A stretch of DNA of 64,000 nt from NCBI RefSeq assembly GCF_009914755.1, contig NC_060931.1. One strand, 5' to 3'. The notes beneath the pieces were generated by a model. The model did no database searches, had not been told where the DNA came from, and was given only the letters and a program-made list of their open reading frames with translations. The stretch is from the human T2T-CHM13v2.0 reference genome, Homo sapiens. This document shows, in pieces, positions 1 to 11,600 of this stretch. Each line of letters starts with the position of its first letter. The stretch's first letter is position 1. Made by a program: the position numbers and the translations under genes.

Positions 1-56
1 TTTAGAAACACTCTGCTTGTTATGACTGCAAGTGGATATTTGGACCTCTTTGAGGC

Positions 57-73
57 CTTCGTTGCAAACGGGG
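57..73 (+). promoter_or_regulatory. CENP-B box, variant form in dimer X (cttcgttgcaaacgggg); one per HOR
   Basis: Retains all 9 essential bases of NTTCGNNNNANNCGGGN. Recurs at 1079, 1761 and onward. Confidence 0.92.
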
Positions 74-398
74 TTTCTTCCTTTCATGCTAGACTAAGAA
101 GAGTTCTCAGTAACTTTTTTGTGTTGTGTGTATTCAACTCACAGAGTTGAACCTTGCTTTAGAGAGAGCAGATTTGAAACACTCTTGCTGTGGCATTTTC
201 AGGTGGAGATTTCAAGCGATTTGAGGACAATTGCAGAAAAGGAAATATCTTCGTATAATAACCAGACAGAATCATTCTCAGAAAGTGCTTTGTGATGTGT
301 GCGTTCAACTCACAGAGTTTAACCTTTCTTTTCATAGAGGAGTTTGGAAACACACTGTTTGTAAAGTCTGCAAGTGGATACATGGACCTGTTTGAGGC

Positions 399-415
399 CT
401 TCGTTGGAAACGGGA
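399..415 (+). promoter_or_regulatory. Canonical CENP-B box in dimer Y (cttcgttggaaacggga); one per HOR, two per 8-mer
   Basis: Exact match to the canonical 17-bp CENP-B box, 342 bp after the X box. Confidence 0.97.
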
Positions 416-738
416 TTTCTTCATTGAATGCTAGACGGAAGAATTCTCAGTAAATTCTTTGTGTTGTGTGCATTCAACTCACAGAGTGGAACGTCCCTTT
501 AGACAGAGCAGATTTGAAACACTCTTTTTGCGGAATTTGCAAGTGGAGATTTCTAGCCATTTGATGCCAACAGTAGAAAGGGAAATATCTTCAAATAAAA
601 ACCAGACAGAATCATTCTCAGAAAATTCTTTGTGATGTGTGCGTTCAACTCACATAGTTTAACCTTTCTTTTCATAGAGCAGTTTGGAAACACTCTGTTT
701 GTAAAGTCTGCAAGTGGATATATGGACCGCATTGAGGC

Positions 739-755
739 CTTCGTTGGAAACGGGA
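739..755 (+). promoter_or_regulatory. Canonical CENP-B box in dimer Z (cttcgttggaaacggga); one per HOR
   Basis: Exact match, 340 bp after the Y box and 340 bp before the next X box. About 188 boxes in the window, computed from the HOR count. Confidence 0.97.
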
Positions 756-952
756 TTTCTTCATTTCATGCTAGACAGAAGAATTCTCAGTAACTTCTTT
801 GTGCTGTGTGTATTCAACTCACAGAGTGGAACGTCCCTTTGCACAGAGCAGATTTGAAACACTCTTTTTGTGGAGTTTGCAAGTGGAGATTTCAAGCGAT
901 TTGATGCCAACAGTAGAAAAGGAAATATCTTCAAATAAAAACTAGACAGAAT

Positions 953-1634
953 CATTCTCAGAAACTACTTTGTGATGTGTGCCTTCAACTCACAGAGTTT
1001 AACCTTTCTTTTCTTAGAGCAGTTTAGAAACACTCTGCTTGTTATGTCTGCAAGTGGATATTTGGACCTCTTTGAGGCCTTCGTTGCAAACGGGGTTTCT
1101 TCCTTTCATGCTAGACTAAGAAGAGTTCTCAGTAACTTTTTTGTGTTGTGTGTATTCAACTCACAGAGTTGAACCTTGCTTTAGAGAGAGCAGATTTGAA
1201 ACACTCTTGCTGTGGCATTTTCAGGTGGAGATTTCAAGCGATTTGAGGACAATTGCAGAAAAGGAAATATCTTCGTATAATAACCAGACAGAATCATTCT
1301 CAGAAAGTGCTTTGTGATGTGTGCGTTCAACTCACAGAGTTTAACCTTTCTTTTCATAGAGGAGTTTGGAAACACACTGTTTGTAAAGTCTGCAAGTGGA
1401 TATATGGACCGCATTGAGGCCTTCGTTGGAAACGGGATTTCTTCATTTCATGCTAGACAGAAGAATTCTCAGTAACTTCTTTGTGCTGTGTGTATTCAAC
1501 TCACAGAGTGGAACGTCCCTTTACACAGAGCAGATTTGAAACACTCTTTTTGTGGAGTTTGCAAGTGGAGATTTCAAGCGATTTGATGCCAACAGTAGAA
1601 AAGGAAATATCTTCAAATAAAAACTAGACAGAAT
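953..1634 (+). repeat. 4-mer HOR structural variant (682 bp; one dimer deleted, hybrid Y/Z monomer)
   Basis: Marker ORF spacing 972 to 1654 is 682 bp. The monomer starting at 1295 is Y-type up to aacacactgt (1376) and Z-type from ggaccgcatt (1411). Confidence 0.96.
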
Positions 1635-2656
1635 CATTCTCAGAAACTACTTTGTGATGTGTGCCTTCAACTCACAGAGTTTAACCTTTCTTTTCTTAGA
1701 GCAGTTTAGAAACACTCTGCTTGTTATGACTGCAAGTGGATATTTGGACCTCTTTGAGGCCTTCGTTGCAAACGGGGTTTCTTCCTTTCATGCTAGACTA
1801 AGAAGAGTTCTCAGTAACTTTTTTGTGTTGTGTGTATTCAACTCACAGAGTTGAACCTTGCTTTAGAGAGAGCAGATTTGAAACACTCTTGCTGTGGCAT
1901 TTTCAGGTGGAGATTTCAAGCGATTTGAGGACAATTGCAGAAAAGGAAATATCTTCGTATAATAACCAGACAGAATCATTCTCAGAAAGTGCTTTGTGAT
2001 GTGTGCGTTCAACTCACAGAGTTTAACCTTTCTTTTCATAGAGGAGTTTGGAAACACACTGTTTGTAAGGACTGCAAGTGGATATATGGACCTGTTTGAG
2101 GCCTTCGTTGGAAACGGGATTTCTTCATTGAATGCTAGACGGAAGAATTCTCAGTAAATTCTTTGTGTTGTGTGCATTCAACTCACAGAGTGGAACGTCC
2201 CTTTAGACACAGCAGATTTGAAACACTCTTTTTGCGGAATTTGCAAGTGGAGATTTCTAGCCATTTGATGCCAACAGTAGAAAGGGAAATATCTTCAAAT
2301 AAAAACCAGACAGAATCATTCTCAGCAAATTCTTTGTGATGTGTGCGTTCAACTCACATAGTTTAACCTTTCTTTTCATAGAGCAGTTTGGAAACACTCT
2401 GTTTGTAAAGTCTGCAAGTGGATATATGGACCGCATTGAGGCCTTCGTTGGAAACGGGATTTCTTCATTTCATGCTAGACAGAAGAATTCTCAGTAACTT
2501 CTTTGTGCTGTGTGTATTCAACTCACAGAGTGGAACGTCCCTTTGCACAGAGCAGATTTGAAACACTCTTTTTGTGGAGTTTGCAAGTGGAGATTTCAAG
2601 CGATTTGATGCCAACAGTAGAAAAGGAAATATCTTCAAATAAAAACTAGACAGAAT
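1635..2656 (+). repeat. Representative full-length 1022-bp 6-mer HOR (dimer X 1635-1976, Y 1977-2316, Z 2317-2656)
   Basis: Dimer starts are distinguishable: cattctcagaaactactt (X), cattctcagaaagtgctt (Y), cattctcag(a/c)aaattctt (Z). Lengths are 342+340+340. Confidence 0.95.
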
Positions 2657-5600
2657 CATTCTCAGAAACTACTTTGTGATGTGTGCCTTCAACTCACAGA
2701 GTTTAACCTTTCTTTTCTTAGAGCAGTTTAGAAACACTCTGCTTGTTATGTCTGCAAGTGGATATTTGGACCTCTTTGAGGCCTTCGTTGCAAACGGGGT
2801 TTCTTCCTTTCATGCTAGACTAAGAAGAGTTCTCAGTAACTTTTTTGTGTTGTGTGTATTCAACTCACAGAGTTGAACCTTGCTTTAGAGAGAGCAGATT
2901 TGAAACACTCTTGCTGTGGCATTTTCAGGTGGAGATTTCAAGCGATTTGAGGACAATTGCAGAAAAGGAAATATCTTCGTATAATAACCAGACAGAATCA
3001 TTCTCAGAAAGTGCTTTGTGATGTGTGCGTTCAACTCACAGAGTTTAACCTTTCTTTTCATAGAGGAGTTTGGAAACACACTGTTTGTAAAGTCTGCAAG
3101 TGGATATATGGACCTGTTTGAGGCCTTCGTTGGAAACGGGATTTCTTCATTGAATGCTAGACGGAAGAATTCTCAGTAAATTCTTTGTGTTGTGTACATT
3201 CAACTCACAGAGTGGAACGTCCCTTTAGACAGAGCAGATTTGAAACACTCTTTTTGCGGAATTTGCAAGTGGAGATTTCTAGCCATTTGATGCCAACAGT
3301 AGAAAGGGAAATATCTTCAAATAAAAACCAGACAGAATCATTCTCAGAAAATTCTTTGTGATGTGTGCGTTCAACTCACATAGTTTAACCTTTCTTTTCA
3401 TAGAGCAGTTTGGAAACACTCTGTTTGTAAAGTCTGCAAGTGGATATATGGACCGCATTGAGGCCTTCGTTGGAAACGGGATTTCTTCATTTCATGCTAG
3501 ACAGAAGAATTCTCAGTAACTTCTTTGTGCTGTGTGTATTCAACTCACAGAGTGGAACGTCCCTTTACACAGAGCAGATTTGAAACACTCTTTTTGTGGA
3601 GTTTGCAAGTGGAGATTTCAAGCGATTTGATGCCAACAGTAGAAAAGGAAATATCTTCAAATAAAAACTAGACAGAATCATTCTCAGAAACTACTTTGTG
3701 ATGTGTGCCTTCAACTCACAGAGTTTAACCTTTCTTTTCTTAGAGCAGTTTAGAAACACTCTGCTTGTTATGACTGCAAGTGGATATTTGGACCTCTTTG
3801 AGGCCTTCGTTGCAAACGGGGTTTCTTCCTTTCATGCTAGACTAAGAAGAGTTCTCAGTAACTTTTTTGTGTTGTGTGTATTCAACTCACAGAGTTGAAC
3901 CTTGCTTTAGAGAGAGCAGATTTGAAACACTCTTGCTGTGGCATTTTCAGGTGGAGATTTCAAGCGATTTGAGGACAATTGCAGAAAAGGAAATATCTTC
4001 GTATAATAACCAGACAGAATCATTCTCAGAAAGTGCTTTGTGATGTGTGCGTTCAACTCACAGAGTTTAACCTTTCTTTTCATAGAGGAGTTTGGAAACA
4101 CACTGTTTGTAAGGACTGCAAGTGGATATATGGACCTGTTTGAGGCCTTCGTTGGAAACGGGATTTCTTCATTGAATGCTAGACGGAAGAATTCTCAGTA
4201 AATTCTTTGTGTTGTGTGCATTCAACTCACAGAGTGGAACGTCCCTTTAGACAGAGCAGATTTGAAACACTCTTTTTGCGGAATTTGCAAGTGGAGATTT
4301 CTAGCCATTTGATGCCAACAGTAGAAAGGGAAATATCTTCAAATAAAAACCAGACAGAATCATTCTCAGCAAATTCTTTGTGATGTGTGCGTTCAACTCA
4401 CATAGTTTAACCTTTCTTTTCATAGAGCAGTTTGGAAACACTCTGTTTGTAAAGTCTGCAAGTGGATATATGGACCGCATTGAGGCCTTCGTTGGAAACG
4501 GGATTTCTTCATTTCATGCTAGACAGAAGAATTCTCAGTAACTTCTTTGTGCTGTGTGTATTCAACTCACAGAGTGGAACGTCCCTTTGCACAGAGCAGA
4601 TTTGAAACACTCTTTTTGTGGAGTTTGCAAGTGGAGATTTCAAGCGATTTGATGCCAACAGTAGAAAAGGAAATATCTTCAAATAAAAACTAGACAGAAT
4701 CATTCTCAGAAACTACTTTGTGATGTGTGCCTTCAACTCACAGAGTTCAACCTTTCTTTTCTTAGAGCAGTTTAGAAACACTCTGCTTGTTATGTCTGCA
4801 AGTGGATATTTGGACCTCTTTGAGGCCTTCGTTGCAAACGGGGTTTCTTCCTTTCATGCTAGACTAAGAAGAGTTCTCAGTAACTTTTTTGTGTTGTGTG
4901 TATTCAACTCACAGAGTTGAACCTTGCTTTAGAGAGAGCAGATTTGAAACACTCTTGCTGTGGCATTTTCAGGTGGAGATTTCAAGCGATTTGAGCACAA
5001 TTGCAGAAAAGGAAATATCTTCGTATAATAACCAGACAGAATCATTCTCAGAAAGTGCTTTGTGATGTGTGCGTTCAACTCACAGAGTTTAACCTTTCTT
5101 TTCATAGAGGAGTTTGGAAACACACTGTTTGTAAAGTCTGCAAGTGGATACATGGACCTGTTTGAGGCCTTCGTTGGAAACGGGATTTCTTCATTGAATG
5201 CTAGACGGAAGAATTCTCAGTAAATTCTTTGTGTTGTGTGCATTCAACTCACAGAGTGGAACGTCCCTTTAGACAGAGCAGATTTGAAACACTCTTTTTG
5301 CGGAATTTGCAAGTGGAGATTTCTAGCCATTTGATGCCAACAGTAGAAAGGGAAATATCTTCAAATAAAAACCAGACAGAATCATTCTCAGAAAATTCTT
5401 TGTGATGTGTGCGTTCAACTCACATAGTTTAACCTTTCTTTTCATAGAGCAGTTTGGAAACACTCTGTTTGTAAAGTCTGCAAGTGGATATATGGACCGC
5501 ATTGAGGCCTTCGTTGGAAACGGGATTTCTTCATTTCATGCTAGACAGAAGAATTCTCAGTAACTTCTTTGTGCTGTGTGTATTCAACTCACAGAGTGGA

Positions 5601-8600
5601 ACGTCCCTTTGCACAGAGCAGATTTGAAACACTCTTTTTGTGGAGTTTGCAAGTGGAGATTTCAAGCGATTTGATGCCAACAGTAGAAAAGGAAATATCT
5701 TCAAATAAAAACTAGACAGAATCATTCTCAGAAACTACTTTGTGATGTGTGCCTTCAACTCACAGAGTTTAACCTTTCTTTTCTTAGAGCAGTTTAGAAA
5801 CACTCTGCTTGTTATGTCTGCAAGTGGATATTTGGACCTCTTTGAGGCCTTCGTTGCAAACGGGGTTTCTTCCTTTCATGCTAGACTAAGAAGAGTTCTC
5901 AGTAACTTTTTTGTGTTGTGTGTATTCAACTCACAGAGTTGAACCTTGCTTTAGAGAGAGCAGATTTGAAACACTCTTGCTGTGGCATTTTCAGGTGGAG
6001 ATTTCAAGCGATTTGAGGACAATTGCAGAAAAGGAAATATCTTCGTATAATAACAAGACAGAATCATTCTCAGAAAGTGCTTTGTGATGTGTGCGTTCAA
6101 CTCACAGAGTTTAACCTTTCTTTTCATAGAGGAGTTTGGAAACACACTGTTTGTAAAGTCTGCAAGTGGATACATGGACCTGTTTGAGGCCTTCGTTGGA
6201 AACGGGATTTCTTCATTGAATGCTAGACGGAAGAATTCTCAGTAAATTCTTTGTGTTGTGTGCATTCAACTCACAGAGTGGAACGTCCCTTTAGACAGAG
6301 CAGATTTGAAACACTCTTTTTGCGGAATTTGCAAGTGGAGATTTCTAGCCATTTGATGCCAACAGTAGAAAGGGAAATATCTTCAAATAAAAACCAGACA
6401 GAATCATTCTCAGAAAATTCTTTGTGATGTGTGCGTTCAACTCACATAGTTTAACCTTTCTTTTCATAGAGCAGTTTGGAAACACTCTGTTTGTAAAGTC
6501 TGCAAGTGGATATATGGACCGCATTGAGGCCTTCGTTGGAAACGGGATTTCTTCATTTCATGCTAGACAGAAGAATTCTCAGTAACTTCTTTGTGCTGTG
6601 TGTATTCAACTCACAGAGTGGAACGTCCCTTTACACAGAGCAGATTTGAAACACTCTTTTTGTGGAGTTTGCAAGTGGAGATTTCAAGCGATTTGATGCC
6701 AACAGTAGAAAAGGAAATATCTTCAAATAAAAACTAGACAGAATCATTCTCAGAAACTACTTTGTGATGTGTGCCTTCAACTCACAGAGTTTAACCTTTC
6801 TTTTCTTAGAGCAGTTTAGAAACACTCTGCTTGTTATGACTGCAAGTGGATATTTGGACCTCTTTGAGGCCTTCGTTGCAAACGGGGTTTCTTCCTTTCA
6901 TGCTAGACTAAGAAGAGTTCTCAGTAACTTTTTTGTGTTGTGTGTATTCAACTCACAGAGTTGAACCTTGCTTTAGAGAGAGCAGATTTGAAACACTCTT
7001 GCTGTGGCATTTTCAGGTGGAGATTTCAAGCGATTTGAGGACAATTGCAGAAAAGGAAATATCTTCGTATAATAACCAGACAGAATCATTCTCAGAAAGT
7101 GCTTTGTGATGTGTGCGTTCAACTCACAGAGTTTAACCTTTCTTTTCATAGAGGAGTTTGGAAACACACTGTTTGTAAGGACTGCAAGTGGATATATGGA
7201 CCTGTTTGAGGCCTTCGTTGGAAACGGGATTTCTTCATTGAATGCTAGACGGAAGAATTCTCAGTAAATTCTTTGTGTTGTGTGCATTCAACTCACAGAG
7301 TGGAACGTCCCTTTAGACACAGCAGATTTGAAACACTCTTTTTGCGGAATTTGCAAGTGGAGATTTCTAGCCATTTGATGCCAACAGTAGAAAGGGAAAT
7401 ATCTTCAAATAAAAACCAGACAGAATCATTCTCAGAAAATTCTTTGTGATGTGTGCGTTCAACTCACATAGTTTAACCTTTCTTTTCATAGAGCAGTTTG
7501 GAAACACTCTGTTTGTAAAGTCTGCAAGTGGATATATGGACCGCATTGAGGCCTTCGTTGGAAACGGGATTTCTTCATTTCATGCTAGACAGAAGAATTC
7601 TCAGTAACTTCTTTGTGCTGTGTGTATTCAACTTACAGAGTGGAACGTCCCTTTGCACAGAGCAGATTTGAAACACTCTTTTTGTGGAGTTTGCAAGTGG
7701 AGATTTCAAGCGATTTGATGCCAACAGTAGAAAAGGAAATATCTTCAAATAAAAACTAGACAGAATCATTCTCAGAAACTACTTTGTGATGTGTGCCTTC
7801 AACTCACAGAGTTCAACCTTTCTTTTCTTAGAGCAGTTTAGAAACACTCTGCTTGTTATGTCTGCAAGTGGATATTTGGACCTCTTTGAGGCCTTCGTTG
7901 CAAACGGGGTTTCTTCCTTTCATGCTAGACTAAGAAGAGTTCTCAGTAACTTTTTTGTGTTGTGTGTATTCAACTCACAGAGTTGAACCTTGCTTTAGAG
8001 AGAGCAGATTTGAAACACTCTTGCTGTGGCATTTTCAGGTGGAGATTTCAAGCGATTTGAGGACAATTGCAGAAAAGGAAATATCTTCGTATAATAACCA
8101 GACAGAATCATTCTCAGAAAGTGCTTTGTGATGTGTGCGTTCAACTCACAGAGTTTAACCTTTCTTTTCATAGAGGAGTTTGGAAACACACTGTTTGTAA
8201 AGTCTGCAAGTGGATACATGGACCTGTTTGAGGCCTTCGTTGGAAACGGGATTTCTTCATTGAATGCTAGACGGAAGAATTCTCAGTAAATTCTTTGTGT
8301 TGTGTGCATTCAACTCACAGAGTGGAACGTCCCTTTAGACAGAGCAGATTTGAAACACTCTTTTTGCGGAATTTGCAAGTGGAGATTTCTAGCCATTTGA
8401 TGCCAACAGTAGAAAGGGAAATATCTTCAAATAAAAACCAGACAGAATCATTCTCAGAAAATTCTTTGTGATGTGTGCGTTCAACTCACATAGTTTAACC
8501 TTTCTTTTCATAGAGCAGTTTGGAAACACTCTGTTTGTAAAGTCTGCAAGTGGATATATGGACCGCATTGAGGCCTTCGTTGGAAACGGGATTTCTTCAT

Positions 8601-11600
8601 TTCATGCTAGACAGAAGAATTCTCAGTAACTTCTTTGTGCTGTGTGTATTCAACTCACAGAGTGGAACGTCCCTTTGCACAGAGCAGATTTGAAACACTC
8701 TTTTTGTGGAGTTTGCAAGTGGAGATTTCAAGCGATTTGATGCCAACAGTAGAAAAGGAAATATCTTCAAATAAAAACTAGACAGAATCATTCTCAGAAA
8801 CTACTTTGTGATGTGTGCCTTCAACTCACAGAGTTTAACCTTTCTTTTCTTAGAGCAGTTTAGAAACACTCTGCTTGTTATGTCTGCAAGTGGATATTTG
8901 GACCTCTTTGAGGCCTTCGTTGCAAACGGGGTTTCTTCCTTTCATGCTAGACTAAGAAGAGTTCTCAGTAACTTTTTTGTGTTGTGTGTATTCAACTCAC
9001 AGAGTTGAACCTTGCTTTAGAGAGAGCAGATTTGAAACACTCTTGCTGTGGCATTTTCAGGTGGAGATTTCAAGCGATTTGAGGACAATTGCAGAAAAGG
9101 AAATATCTTCGTATAATAACAAGACAGAATCATTCTCAGAAAGTGCTTTGTGATGTGTGCGTTCAACTCACAGAGTTTAACCTTTCTTTTCATAGAGGAG
9201 TTTGGAAACACACTGTTTGTAAAGTCTGCAAGTGGATACATGGACCTGTTTGAGGCCTTCGTTGGAAACGGGATTTCTTCATTGAATGCTAGACGGAAGA
9301 ATTCTCAGTAAATTCTTTGTGTTGTGTGCATTCAACTCACAGAGTGGAACGTCCCTTTAGACAGAGCAGATTTGAAACACTCTTTTTGCGGAATTTGCAA
9401 GTGGAGATTTCTAGCCATTTGATGCCAACAGTAGAAAGGGAAATATCTTCAAATAAAAACCAGACAGAATCATTCTCAGAAAATTCTTTGTGATGTGTGC
9501 GTTCAACTCACATAGTTTAACCTTTCTTTTCATAGAGCAGTTTGGAAACACTCTGTTTGTAAAGTCTGCAAGTGGATATATGGACCGCATTGAGGCCTTC
9601 GTTGGAAACGGGATTTCTTCATTTCATGCTAGACAGAAGAATTCTCAGTAACTCCTTTGTGCTGTGTGTATTCAACTCACAGAGTGGAACGTCCCTTTGC
9701 ACAGAGCAGATTTGAAACACTCTTTTTGTGGAGTTTGCAAGTGGAGATTTCAAGCGATTTGATGCCAACAGTAGAAAAGGAAATATCTTCAAATAAAAAC
9801 TAGACAGAATCATTCTCAGAAACTACTTTGTGATGTGTGCCTTCAACTCACAGAGTTCAACCTTTCTTTTCTTAGAGCAGTTTAGAAACACTCTGCTTGT
9901 TATGTCTGCAAGTGGATATTTGGACCTCTTTGAGGCCTTCGTTGCAAACGGGGTTTCTTCCTTTCATGCTAGACTAAGAAGAGTTCTCAGTAACTTTTTT
10001 GTGTTGTGTGTATTCAACTCACAGAGTTGAACCTTGCTTTAGAGAGAGCAGATTTGAAACACTCTTGCTGTGGCATTTTCAGGTGGAGATTTCAAGCGAT
10101 TTGAGGACAATTGCAGAAAAGGAAATATCTTCGTATAATAACCAGACAGAATCATTCTCAGAAAGTGCTTTGTGATGTGTGCGTTCAACTCACAGAGTTT
10201 AACCTTTCTTTTCATAGAGGAGTTTGGAAACACACTGTTTGTAAAGTCTGCAAGTGGATACATGGACCTGTTTGAGGCCTTCGTTGGAAACGGGATTTCT
10301 TCATTGAATGCTAGACGGAAGAATTCTCAGTAAATTCTTTGTGTTGTGTGCATTCAACTCACAGAGTGGAACGTCCCTGTAGACAGAGCAGATTTGAAAC
10401 ACTCTTTTTGCGGAATTTGCAAGTGGAGATTTCTAGCCATTTGATGCCAACAGTAGAAAGGGAAATATCTTCAAATAAAAACCAGACAGAATCATTCTCA
10501 GAAAATTCTTTGTGATGTGTGCGTTCAACTCACATAGTTTAACCTTTCTTTTCATAGAGCAGTTTGGAAACACTCTGTTTGTAAAGTCTGCAAGTGGATA
10601 TATGGACCGCATTGAGGCCTTCGTTGGAAACGGGATTTCTTCATTTCATGCTAGACAGAAGAATTCTCAGTAACTTCTTTGTGCTGTGTGTATTCAACTC
10701 ACAGAGTGGAACGTCCCTTTGCACAGAGCAGATTTGAAACACTCTTTTTGTGGAGTTTGCAAGTGGAGATTTCAAGCGATTTGATGCCAACAGTAGAAAA
10801 GGAAATATCTTCAAATAAAAACTAGACAGAATCATTCTCAGAAACTACTTTGTGATGTGTGCCTTCAACTCACAGAGTTTAACCTTTCTTTTCTTAGAGC
10901 AGTTTAGAAACACTCTGCTTGTTATGTCTGCAAGTGGATATTTGGACCTCTTTGAGGCCTTCGTTGCAAACGGGGTTTCTTCCTTTCATGCTAGACTAAG
11001 AAGAGTTCTCAGTAACTTTTTTGTGTTGTGTGTATTCAACTCACAGAGTTGAACCTTGCTTTAGAGAGAGCAGATTTGAAACACTCTTGCTGTGGCATTT
11101 TCAGGTGGAGATTTCAAGCGATTTGAGGACAATTGCAGAAAAGGAAATATCTTCGTATAATAACCAGACAGAATCATTCTCAGAAAGTGCTTTGTGATGT
11201 GTGCGTTCAACTCACAGAGTTTAACCTTTCTTTTCATAGAGGAGTTTGGAAACACACTGTTTGTAAGGACTGCAAGTGGATATATGGACCTGTTTGAGGC
11301 CTTCGTTGGAAACGGGATTTCTTCATTGAATGCTAGACGGAAGAATTCTCAGTAAATTCTTTGTGTTGTGTGCATTCAACTCACAGAGTGGAACGTCCCT
11401 TTAGACAGAGCAGATTTGAAACACTCTTTTTGCGGAATTTGCAAGTGGAGATTTCTAGCCATTTGATGCCAACAGTAGAAAGGGAAATATCTTCAAATAA
11501 AAACCAGACAGAATCATTCTCAGAAAATTCTTTGTGATGTGTGCGTTCAACTCACATAGTTTAACCTTTCTTTTCATAGAGCAGTTTGGAAACACTCTGT

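Noticed and set aside
250-262. TATAAT -10-like promoter motif
   Set aside because: A chance hexamer in a eukaryotic satellite with no downstream gene.
905-926. pJ-alpha box in A-type monomers
   Set aside because: The region (gccaacagtagaaaaggaa) is only a degenerate match, so a functional site cannot be supported.
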